A DNA stretch of 64,000 nt from Acanthaster planci (lineage: Eukaryota). The stretch lies in contig NW_019091356.1 of NCBI RefSeq assembly GCF_001949145.1, positions 4,570,934 to 4,634,933 on the forward strand. Reading direction: 5' to 3'. Every line of letters begins with the position of its first letter. The first letter of the stretch is position 1. Shown in pieces: positions 1 to 11,762 of this stretch. The notes beneath the pieces were generated by a model that saw only the letters and a list, made by a program, of their open reading frames with translations, searched no databases and had not been told where the DNA came from. The translations under genes and the position numbers were made by a program.

Positions 1-2816
1 GCTGCCAAAGTCTCTCAACATTCAAAAGTTGGTGACTTGAAACAAAACGTTCAGGATCAAGGGACACCAGAACGCTCAAACGATTGACACGATTGGGCAT
101 CTTTAACTATCCAACCTTGGCAAGATTTGTCTCTTAACTGTCAAAATGCACAGAGCACCGAATTGTGTTTAGTCGTGAGGGACCGGCTTCAACAAATCAA
201 TCGAAATGTTGCGAACCAGTTTGAAAAAAATCATCGCATCAAAAGCGAGCACACTGTTATGAATGCATCGACACGCATGCATAACTGTATAACAACTTTA
301 AAAAACATCTTTTTCGTCACCGACACAAAAGCGCTTGACACCCTTACTCCTCGGGGTGGAGGAACTATCGGAGGATTTAAAGCCTGTTGGGGTTAAATGC
401 CTAACTTTCTGTTTTTTAACACCTGTTGATGTTACATCTACTCTCAATACTTAGCTTACATGGCAATTTGTGCGACTTCTGGTGTAGCAGAAAATCTGAC
501 AAAATGGAAAACCAGATAAATAAATATACATACTTCATTCCACGACTCTGATGGCCATTCTTACAAACTAGTTCAAGTAATGTTAAAGATCTGTCACTTT
601 TACGAGTTCATCAAGGAATTAGCTGATCACGAGACAATAATAGCCCTCACATTTACTACTCTAAGGTGATCTGACCTTCGTGTAATTGCAGACGACACAA
701 TGTGTTTTTCTTTCCCCTTTATGTCCTGAAAAACAAGTTGGGTCGGGTTTGCTTTACGATCGACGAGCGAACAATATTACCACTGGGGAGGTGGGTTTCA
801 GCGTGACGAAGCTGCTACACCTTGTTCGGTCACCTTGTTATTATTTTGGTATATAAACGAGCAAACGATGCCATGAATTGACACTTGCCCTACAGCTTGG
901 TGACCCGCGAAGCAACCAATCCAGGGGTCTTGGTGTTTTGCTGACATCTCAAAATACAGGCCGGGGAGCGGTAAACAGCTATTGTGAGTCGGACAAAAGA
1001 TCAAAGGCGACCCAATTATTACCGGGGCTTTGCTTTCACGCTCAATTGCAGGTGTCGGGCGGGTTTAGGGGACCCTGGCGACAACCAGAAAAACACAATT
1101 TGCGTGATCTGTTATCACCATCTTTGCCCCTGATCTGTTTTTAGCCTGCAACTTCGGCCCCGCGTTGTTTCTCTATAACCTTAGCGCCACACACCTGCGT
1201 TTGCCGTAAGGCTTGATGAGGTCTCCACCAAGAAATATTGATCTTCAAATAACCATGAGTAAATATGCAGCTTGATGACTCAACACAAACCAAATTCAAG
1301 AAGGTCGATGTTTTTTGTACTTCTCTTCTTCAACGCTGTATGATGAAATCTAGAACCAACAGAAGAAACAAATGTTGAACAAGATTCTAACACCACTTTA
1401 TTTTTGGCTTGATATTTAACAAACACGCGTTACTGACCAAACAAATAAAGTACCTGTCACTGCCGAGCACGAAATTTCTCTGAAAAGTTTGAGTCACTGA
1501 ACAAATCCATCCGGGGTATTAATCTTTTGCCATTAAACGGGCATAACCTTGAAAATACTGAGACAAAATTAGGGCATGGATATGAAATGAAATATAAATT
1601 ACAAAATAATTCTAACAAAATACACAAATACTGCGTGTCAATAACTTGAGCTTGTATATTTACATGACAAAACCAAACTATTTTAATCTCGTGAAATATA
1701 CTTTTAAATCTTACCTCTTGTGGTTAAAAATATACTAGGAAACAAATCTGCCCATCTTCCCGTGGATGAACATTTTAAAGAAATCTTGGCCTTACACTTG
1801 ACTGGAACATGTTGAAGACTTACTTAATGACGCACAAGAGTACAGTTATTTTACCGATGGACGCGTAGTTTTCTCTCTTTTTTTAAAGATTATTTTAAGA
1901 AGCTCTGAAGGAGCGTAGTTATCTCATTTATCTCAGCATAACATCACGCATTGCTAGAAACAGGCCGTCGGTTGTAAGGGCACTCAAAGAAATTCCAACG
2001 AAACTATTTTCGAGCTTTCTTCGAAGCAAACTATGACGTCAGCACACCTCTAGGAAGTTCAATGGAGCGGGTCAGTACTTTACTAGTATCACGCTCGGCT
2101 TGACAGCTATCACATTTTGTTGTTGACATTTCGCTCATTGTTTGGAGAGTGGAAAATGACTTATGTCACCAAAAATTTGGTCTAGACCGAGTCCAAATGG
2201 GCCAAGTGCACGTACTTCAGAGAATTTTCTAAATAGAAAAAACTTGCTTTAAAACAAACAGGGGCTGACACGAATCAGGTGTAGTGAATATAGTACTTAT
2301 GTTCTCGTGAGGTCTTTACTCCATGTTTGTCAAAACATAATTGACAGGTGTAATCCGCCCACAAACCTATTAACATAACTCGCTGATTAAAAGATGTCAG
2401 GTTCAATTTTGGTCCCTGCAGATCACGATAGACAAGCGGTAATTGCAACATGAATATTAAAACTGGAACTCTGGATGTCGGCAAAGCCAAGGGAAATATC
2501 TGGGGATAGTAAGGCATACGTCTATCCTTTCAACTACGATGCATGTATTCGTAGGTTCTTACTGGTACATAATGTATTAGCAAACACCTGTCTTACCCTA
2601 ATGTGCTTCATTACATAACCCCACTGCCAATGAATAGGCATTGATAATTACAGCTTTTGGAAACTGTAATATCTCGCTAGATCTGAGTGACACGACGTGT
2701 ATGTAGTGGTGCATGTACAAGGAGCTTGCGAACTGGTTGCTGTCAACTTTGGTATAATAGTGTGACCAAGGTGAGTCTTAACATTCAGTTTGGGGTGTCA
2801 GGTGACCGATCACCAC

Positions 2817-2904
2817 CTGGGCCGTGCCAAATATCCGAAAAACCGAATATTCGATCGATTGTCGAATATTCGAATCGTGAATTATTCGAATTGACTCAGC
2901 CCTA
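2817..2904. mobile_element. 88-bp hAT-like MITE with 8-bp target-site duplication
   Basis: Flanked by ATCACCAC at 2809-2816 and 2905-2912. Termini are CTGGGCCG..CAGCCCTA, with internal repeated CGAATATTCG palindromes. Confidence 0.8.
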
Positions 2905-5900
2905 ATCACCACCTGAAGATTGCACTTCCACAGTACCAGTAGTAATCTCTCCATCTCTTGCCTTATCAAGCCTTGCTTTCAAAACAACCTCGTATTGAGC
3001 TGGTGTGAGGAGTTTATCCATCTGCAGATCACAGCCCCCGAGCTTCGGCAGGACTATGGCGATATAACCTTCGCCACATGGCTAGACAAAAGGAAAATGC
3101 GACCATCAAAACTACTGCTGTTCAAATCATATTAAAGTTAAGTACCGGTATAGGCTGGCAGACAACCAACCTTGGAAAAATAAAGACTTACAACGAGGCA
3201 CTTGTTCACTTATTAAAACGGCAAAAACAGCCTTAAAATGGTATATCTTGAGATCAACAAGAAACATTTCGTTCGACCACAAGGGATAAAAGAAGTTTTA
3301 AAACTGAATAATAAAAATTCGAAGCATTGCAATAGCGTCGGAATTCCGACACGCCAAACGAAACAAAAATATTGTTATTTGTTAATAGGTTAACATTTTT
3401 GTTTGTCAAAGTAAGACACCCAGGGGAAAAACGACAACCAATAAATCGCACGAGGAAAGCAAACTGCGTACCATATACCAGTCGTTCTGATCGCCTCATT
3501 AGAACCACGTGTTCAGGTAAGATACAGGATAAACACTTTCAAGGTTCAAGATTTCTAGAAATAACAAACAGGTCTAGCTTCCACAGAAAACTATCAGCCG
3601 TAAACATATCACAGCGTCTACTCCTGTACTTACCATCGTGATGGGGGGTTAATTTCCAGACATCGCCAATCTATATACAGCAGGGATAGACAGCACTTCG
3701 CCGTCTCAATGTCCAACGGAACACCCCCTGATAACCTCGTATTCATATCTGATTATCCCACATAATGTTCATGAATGTATCGAAACCAGAGAGCATAAAA
3801 ATAGCCTGCAACCTTTAGCTGTCTGGTAAAATAGGGTTTCAGTTGCGCAACCTAACCATTTGTTTGTTCCTTCAATTTTTTTATACTCTCATTTCAACTG
3901 TCTCCAGTTTTTATTCAAGTGATAACATTAAATGTTTCGATTAAAATTTCACCAGCATTAATTAAAATGGAGTGTCACATTAGAACACTAACATGGCGCA
4001 CAAGCGATTGTCTTTACTAATTTTTCCCATACGGGCAATGTAGAATATTCTACAGCTGAGCTGGCTGTGTGTTGCGCAAGATCTGCCGTCAGCTGATGTA
4101 TAAAATAATCCGATAAGACGCCCTAACTGTGGTGGCACCGCACTCACACGCACATTCTTCAGCTTGACGCGTGCGTGCGTTTAGCAAATCACGACACCCT
4201 ATTGGTCGAAGAGGCGCGTTATACGCGCGTACCACCTGTCCACGAGCGTTGTGCCACCACAGTAATGGCTTCTGGCTGTGGTCAAATTACACTATACAGA
4301 AGGGCGGGCGAATGCTCGTTTGGTCACGCAAGTTACGTGAGCAGCGCGCTGACAAGCTAATTTTAAACCAGAGGAAAAGAGACTCAAAGTCCCATGGTCC
4401 TTTGCGGTACTCTACACTATACAGTCGGTGTCCAATTATTATACAGAGCCGACCACCAAATAAATATATCCCTTCGGCGTTTATGTAACACCACGCTATA
4501 TGCAGCATAAGGACTAATTTCCAACAGTAGAATGTTATCTTGTCTTGATTAAAAATAACTGATGGGCAAGGGCAACTAATCCAGGACCATGGACCAAAAT
4601 GTTCTATTCATGTGTTTTTCTATTGCCAGGTACCATTTCAATCTATAGGGCCTAGCAGGCATCACAAAATCACAGACATGGGCAGCGGTTTATTTCAAGT
4701 AGAAATACTTGCCACAGTCTCTAGTACAAAATAGTTGCCAACTTTATCTCATGCTATCTGTATTTCATATTACGCAGGTGCAATTATCTAATGAGTTTAT
4801 ATATATATAACGGTTTAAATTAATCAGGTTAAGAGACCAGCTGATGAACACCACATTTTCCGAAATTTGTCCTTAAATTAACCTCTTTCGTTTGCTTAGG
4901 CCTACTTGCATGTAATACTAAACGTAGTTTGATCGCTTTCGGGTTTAATGCTTGGCTCAAGGTTTGAAACATGCAAGCAGTACGTCCCAAATAAAGGGCA
5001 CCAGATCAAGTTTATTCGACAGCTTCAACCGGAGTCCCGCAAATGTGTGTGCTGTAAAGACCCAGCAACCTGCCAAGCAAAGGGGCAACATACCTTAGTT
5101 TGGATGAGTTGAGGATTTTCGAGTAACGTTTCATTGACCTCGATGAGTTTAGCACTGATGCAGCTGTACATCGTGTAGCAGGTGCTATCAGAGCAGGTGA
5201 CTTTACATAGTTCGGCAGTCTGGTTCAGCCACTGCCCTCCCTGAAATTCACAGTCACAAAAACCTTAAAGACAAATGGCCAGCATACTACTTAGGCGGTC
5301 CTGGATCCCTTCAAAGTAACAAAACCCAACCGGGTTTATGGGGGATTTGTTAGATCATTTTTTTGAATAATATTTAGGTTTTGTGGTTTTTCTTCAACAC
5401 CCTGTAGCAGAGGTTGTCTTTATTTAATCTTCTTTATACTTGAGCCTCGGAGAGAAGAGTGAGATACAAACAAGTCCCCAGTAAGAAGTCTTCAAATATA
5501 TCTGACATCTCCAAAAAAAATCAAGCAGATTCTTCACAAGTAGTCACATAGAGCCGAGTTGCTTGATTTGAGAAATCTCTTACAAATTGCCTCGGAACAA
5601 TTCTTTTTTTTCCCCACATGACCTAAGAGGTTGTCAACACCATAACAATCCATGGCGTCATACACACAAAGAGTGAGTCCATTTCAGCTAATACAGGTCC
5701 CAGTAAAAAATGGAGGGCCCTAAACTTAAAGAGCAGTACACATTTCCCTAAAATAAACTCCAAAGGATGCAGTGATCTCAATGGGTATTTCATATCACTC
5801 TGACCTTTTGAGTACCTTTTCCCTCGGTTATTATTTCCATCTTCTGCCATTTTAGGCAATTACTAACCGAAATTTAGCCCTCGTGGTTTAGGGTTCAATA

Positions 5901-8900
5901 ATTGTCGTATGCTTAACTAAATTAATGTGATCTTTCCGTATAGCTGAGGACTACGCTCTGCTGTCTTGGAGATTTACCCCTAATGAGATTTTTTTGAAAC
6001 CACCTGATTAGAAAAAAATTAAAACTTCGGATGTTTCTTCAAAAAGGTCAGTGTAATATACCATATCAAAATTCCTTCATATCACTTTTTCCTTCAGATT
6101 TTTCTTGTTAAGATTATAGTTATTATTAAAGTTAAGATTATATTATCTCGTTGGAAATACTGAACATGTCTTTCCAAAAAAGAAAATCAGACGCCTATTA
6201 CAACCAAAAAAATAAAAATACTACGAAATTATTATGCACACAACATTTTTATGACGAAGAGGTGAAAGGTGAAGCCATTGAATTGAAATCACAAGATCCT
6301 TTTGTAAATCTGTTAACACAGCAACTGTCCGAATATTACACCGACTGGAGTAAACGGACTTCAATGGACAGTGTCAACTCTTGTCTATTGTCACAGCTGG
6401 ACACATATTGAATTATGTAATGGAAGCCGAGTGTCATATCAGTCCATTGTTTGAGACTTAGACGCCCATAAAGCCATTAAATTAGCGGTGATTAAACAAA
6501 CTCTAACATTTATTGTAAATACCATCCAAAATTTGTCTGTTATCGTGTGACCAGGCCATGACATAAAAAAGATCCAATTGAGCGTTATTTGCACTGATAA
6601 CATCAGTGAAGGGTTGTAAACCTATAACTTGCGGTACGGTAACATCGCGTGCATCGCACTCGCGTCACGATTTCACCTTTGAGCCGGCAAGCAGTGCAAC
6701 GCGTTTGATGGACGCAAATGTATAAATTTATAACTTCACAATGCAGTCCTCCAACGACGTAATTGAAAAGTACAACCCAGGCTACTAACGCTTGGCGATC
6801 ACCTTTAGAACACATTCACTGTCACTTTTCCCCTCGACCCCCTTCTTTATCACATAATTCGCAAAGAATAGCTTGCAGCCATGAGTCCAACAGCAATGTT
6901 CTAACCTTCTGATGGCAGCAACACACTTATACGTTTCTTCCTTTCTCTATCTTTTCCCCCACATTAGAAAACAATTTGGGATCCAGAAGTAAAATAAGTT
7001 CCGAGTCGAGTTCGTTTTTCACTTCCAGTTGCTCGGCATTCGGTAGCAACAATTATTTCCCGTGTCTTGGTATACTAAACTACAAAGACGTTCATTCTTC
7101 AGTACTACATGTAGTGCACGTGTGTATTCATACACCAAATATTTCTTCTTTAACTTAGTACGTTTTCAGAGCGAAGGCCTGGCTGAGTGGAGGATGGAAG
7201 CTAAACTGATTTGGTGACATGCCGCGCTGGACTGGAGTCTCCTAAGACTTTGCCACCCCCGCCCCTTTCTAGGACACGGTAAGACCACTGCAACTCAAAT
7301 CAACAAACAGGAGACGGAAACACAGACCAGAGGGAGTGGGGGAAAGCGTGGAGCAAACACCTCCGGGATGTGAGGCAAAACGAACTCGTGCCGGTGCGGC
7401 AGGAATTCATTTGGAGACCCGGGCAAATATTGAAAGACACCCACGCCCTGTTGAAACCCTAGCTCAGGAGCACTCGGGTAATGCCTAGTTACGGAACCTT
7501 CGGGAATCTTGGGAGATGAATTGACAGGGGGAGAGTAGATGAGCCTGTCATCCTTAAAGGTACATTGCAATTCATTTGGGTGTTATCTGTGAATCCTTCT
7601 GTTTCCTTGTAAAGGGAAAAAGAGGGTATGGGTGAAGGTAATAAGATATCTGAGGGGAGCTGTTGAATTTTACGAAGGGCAAGTTTATGGGTAAGTACCT
7701 AAAAGGAAGTTATTATTGAAACGGGGCTTAGTAATGAATTAATCATTATTGGAAAATGCAGTGAGTTTTATCAATATTCAGAAACACGGAATACTACGGA
7801 TTATGCGGCAAAAATAAAGTTGGTAATTTAAGAAATGTTCTGCAAAAGATCTCACCTTTTTCCGCTTCCCAATTACTTTATTTTTCATTCGATTTGTGCT
7901 GGCTCCAACTTGGAAATCAACTTTCTGGATTTGTTTGTTTTCCCGAAGCAATGGATGACCCTTCGCAATCGTTACAAGACAAACTCTGCAGGAAAGATTA
8001 TTTCCAGATAAGACAATGCAGTCTGGCTTCCAAAATATTTACGAATCTCTCCATTTTTCCCCTAGTCTAAAACTGTGAATGCATTACAAATTATATTTTT
8101 AAAATTCCGGTTGATAAAATTACTGGATGCTACTCCTTACTTATTGCTGTGTTTCAGAACACAGAAATCTTCGCAAGACTTGCCATTCACATCTGAAAAG
8201 AAATATATGAAAGTACAATAGTTCTTCTTTAATTTAAACATGTGTTTAAAGACTTTCAAGCGTAAGATAAGCGATTTAAAGCATTAACAGACTATCTGTA
8301 TCAATGCCTTAACGGGTCGAGTGAAAATTCAAAATCAAAATGGTAACAAGAAAATGTGATGACAGCGTTGGAAAGAATGGCGATAGAAGATGCAATTGGG
8401 AAAAAGGGTGACTTAGAGTGAGGTGAAGCAACAGGTGCCAAACACCCCTTATCGTCCCTTTCTGAAGCCAAACTTCTCAGCTTCACAATTTCTAAACTGT
8501 CTCATCTTGATGGTTATTCATACATTAATGTCAACAGACAGTCGATCAACCGACTCACTTTTAAAGACTAGACAACCTGTGGAAAACGTCTAGTCAATCT
8601 ACTCCTAATTTGCTCATGACAGCTTTCAAAGGCAACATCTCGATTACAATTCAAATGGGTGTTAATGCATCAGGTATAAAGACATGATTCTAATCGGTCA
8701 CAGTGAGTGAAAGAGTACTTTCTAGATTCAACACAATGAGTAAGCCTGGGTGGTGTACTCTTTTCATGCGATGGTAACTCTTTGACAGGAAAGCAAAGTG
8801 GGTGGCCCAAACGTCTTTCAAAAATGGTTTAAGCCTCAGGCATTCTTATGTCTCTCCTGAGAAAATATGTTGACATTCCTCGAAACATGTTTGCTTAAAA

Positions 8901-9903
8901 GTAAACAGTCTTTTGTGGATAAATAACCGAGTAGACTAAGCAGCAAATTCAGCAACCAGTAACCAAAAACCGGTGCATGGGGAGATTTGGAAACATAACA
9001 TTGGTTTATCATGGTTCCACAACTATTCAACCCAACTGTTTACTTTTACCTTGTGAAAGCTACGAGGTAAAGCAGCTTTGCAAAGATGACAAGAACTTGT
9101 ATCCCAAATCAGTATGTTTTCCAGAACCATGACAATAAACATCTGTAACCCCCCCCCTCCGCACTATAACTTCCTCATTCCACAACCTATCAAGGGTTAC
9201 ATCTGTTACCCAAACGTTTTGAACACGTAGGCCTACATGAGATTCAGTCAGTGTCGGGAAAAAGTTGATAGAGGGCGCTACATATCAAGGGCGATATGGA
9301 GGAATGTGGTAGAGAACGGAGTGTACAAGCTAAATCTATGTGCCTGTACAACTTACCAGGTATTCAGATTGAAAAAAAATACTTGAAAGGGTTTTATATT
9401 CCACAAATCACGAGGTTAAGGAATTAAATAAGGCATAAACAAGGGTTTTATAAACCCAATAATGAAAAGTGCTGGATGAATATAACACGAAACAACTCTG
9501 ATTTTGTTTAAAAGTTGCAAAGTCAAAGCTTAGTTTAGAAATAACAAATTTATAAAGAACTTTAACCGACAGTTTAATCCAAATGATAAGAAAACGGACA
9601 TGACAGATCATTGTTGTAATGTCTATGTAATACTTGCAGGCGCGGAGTGGAGCTGCATGATGTAGGTGGTTTGTCACGTCATGTGTTTCACTTCTTCGAT
9701 CCATTCCTTGTAAAACTTAGAACTGACTTTAGAAAACTGCGAATGAAATATCCACAATGAAGTCCTAACCCAGTTAGTGTGTACTTACCAATTTTGTATC
9801 TTGTCGTGTAATATCTTTCCACAACAGACGGATATGACCCCGAGAGAGGAGGTTGTTCACCGGAATCGGTGACCTTCGTATCCCATTCCATGGACGCCGC
9901 CAT
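2902..9903 (-). CDS. ABITRAM: Protein Abitram (FAM206A/Simiate), 5 coding exons, 207 aa
   Basis: Exons 9903-9789 (MAASMEW..YPSVVERYYTTRYKI), 8192-8141 (DVNGKSCEDFCVLKHSN), 7985-7856 (VCLVTIAKGHPLL..NKVIGKRKK), 5240-5094 (GGQWL..LCKVTCSD..SCISAKLIEVNETLLENP), 3081-2902 (PCGEGYIAIVLPK..stop). All introns are GT-AG with consistent phases (624 nt). The motifs match the Abitram family as I recall it. Confidence 0.93.
3843..4350. promoter_or_regulatory. CpG-rich candidate intronic enhancer with Runx, C/EBP and GATA motifs
   Basis: TGTGGT/ACCACA at 4128, 4256 and 4277; TTGCGCAA at 3843 and 4072; GATAAG at about 4112; local CpG enrichment. Motif evidence only. Confidence 0.3.
7158..7563. ncRNA. Candidate structured non-coding RNA of unknown class in ABITRAM intron 3
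   Basis: GC-rich island in an AT-rich intron with several nested helices: 7221-7230 pairs with 7391-7400, AATTCATTT/AGATGAATT, TGACAGG/CCTGTCA, and a cUUCGg loop at about 7498-7503. On the minus strand the ends form a C/D-like k-turn: GTACCTTT-AAG-GATGA ... CTGA-AAACGTAC. Confidence 0.3.
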
Positions 9904-10151
9904 CTTGATCGCGGAAAGAAATCAGTACAATTGAGGGCGCTATAACAATATAATAAGCGAAAAGAAAGCCCAATGCATGAAGAGACCGCCAAACGTCAAG
10001 CAAATCACATTGTATTCCACTAAAATGAGTATTTCATGTTGAGTAATGATATGCATTGGGATTCATCCACCTTTTTTTCCAACAAAGCGTATCAGATTGT
10101 CAACAATCGTAGTTACATCGTCCGTTTGACAAAGTTTCATTCAGATTTATT

Positions 10152-10317
10152 CAGTGGGTGTAACTAGGGCTAAATGCGTGCCCTGGAGGAGGTTGTAGGG
10201 GGGGGGTACAATTTCTGTTTCAAGGGGGCACCACAAGAAAACAAGCTACAGCTGCACACTTATGTACACTTAACAAATATAATTCACAGATCCCCCCCCG
10301 CCTAAGTGACACCACTG
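10152..10317. mobile_element. hAT-like MITE (CAGTGG..CCACTG)
   Basis: Terminal inverted repeats CAGTGG/CCACTG, flanked by the near-perfect 8-bp duplication GATTTATT / GATTAATT. Confidence 0.6.
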
Positions 10318-11141
10318 GATTAATTTGAAAATAATCACTGTCAATCCTCCACGTCCGGTTTACAATCTACGCCAACCTGTACATAATGTTTGAAAAGAGT
10401 CTCAAACTAATAGTGAAAATTTGAATTCATTGCCTGCTTGGTAGTTCATCAATACACACTCGTCAGTCAACGTTCAAAGGAAGAACTCGTTGAAACGACC
10501 ATGGGACATTTCAACTAACTCGAGCGCACTTTTGAGTTGAATGGCCAGGCGGTCATTCCCCCAAACTCAAGTGGTAAAGTCGACAAACTTCGAGTCTGGA
10601 AAGGAGTCTAAAGGTTAGGTTAAAATCATAACAATGGGGCAAGAACAATAGTATGTTTGCTCATTGTAGCTTTACCTTGCTCAATATTTCCACATAAGCA
10701 ATCACGTGGATATAAGACAACATTAAGGGCAAGAGCAAGGGCAAATTGTTTAAAGGGATCCGCGAGAACAACCCAAAACACAAAGGCTAATTAAAGTGGT
10801 CCCGTGTTAGGGTGTTAGAACGGCTGGGGAAATCGACAACCTTGCAAGCAGTTCTGCGAAGATTGCATGAATCTAAACACGAGTGGATACCTGCACTGTT
10901 TAGGACACAGGAATGATAGCCATTCATGTCCTTCAACGAAAAATTCTAGAAAAAGATTGGTTTCTTTTCCTCAAAAACTAACTAGAACTATATCACTGTT
11001 AATTTCAGCATGAGAAATAGGTTTGCGGGTACACCATCGAATCAGTCTCTTTTTGGGCGAGGTGTGGTTCTTAAAAGAAGTGGCATTAACCCGGCATAAT
11101 TATGTTTAGATAGCCTTCTATAAGATTGATAATTCTGATGT

Positions 11142-11317
11142 TAATACAGGCCATTCACAACAGCGCGCCTCCAAGAGTTTGCAACGCGTTGACCAATCAC
11201 GATGCGCAAAATCTGTCGACCCATGCGCGTTTGGAAAGGGTCGACACATTTCGCGCGTTATGAATGGTCAACGCACTGTAAACTCATGGAGGCGCGCTAC
11301 TGTGTATCGCCCGTATT
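11142..11317. mobile_element. Palindromic MITE, copy 1, upstream of the CYP46-like gene
   Basis: About 175-bp near-palindrome (AATACAGGCCATTCACA-ACAGCGCGCCTCCA .. TGGAGGCGCGCTACTGTGTATCGCCCGTATT). A related copy lies at 13465-13611. Confidence 0.75.
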
Positions 11318-11762
11318 CTAGCAAGGTTTTAGTACAGGCCTAAGTTTGAGATTTGTATCACTAGTTGCGCCCTTTAAGCGACGCAATAAACACCTGATTT
11401 ATTCTTTTGATAAGGGATCAAAGGTTATTTTTCATGGCCCGGTTTCCGAAACGTTTCACGTTCGTCCTCCATTTAGACTTGGCCGGGCGCGGATGTGATG
11501 GTCGCATTTCACGCTCCATCGAAACGTACTTGCCATAAGCAATACTGGTACTAATAACCGTTCGTAAAAAGCCGCGGTGCAATGTGTTGTGATCGAAAAC
11601 CGAACCCTTCAGTTTGGAGACTAGCATAATAGAAACTGCGAAGCTCCCATTTTGACAAACGTTGAACACGCACTGGTTATGTTCTACCATCTTGCTCGAC
11701 AACAACTGCCAGAGACACCGACTCGACCCTGGTGCGTACTCAACTTGCATCTGGACCACATC

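Noticed and set aside
7366..7553. 7SK-like GGATGTGAGG..CATCC
   Set aside because: No GAUC motifs, 3' hairpin or oligo-U terminator.
7295..7570. 91-aa minus-strand ORF
   Set aside because: No recognisable domain and not needed for the ABITRAM model.
7719..7732. RNase MRP CR-V-like ACGGGGCTTA
   Set aside because: No matching CR-I (GAAAGTCCCC) within plausible distance.
9050..9142. Possible poison exon in ABITRAM intron 1 (minus strand, in-frame TAG)
   Set aside because: The acceptor is preceded by a G-run rather than a pyrimidine tract, and there is no other support.
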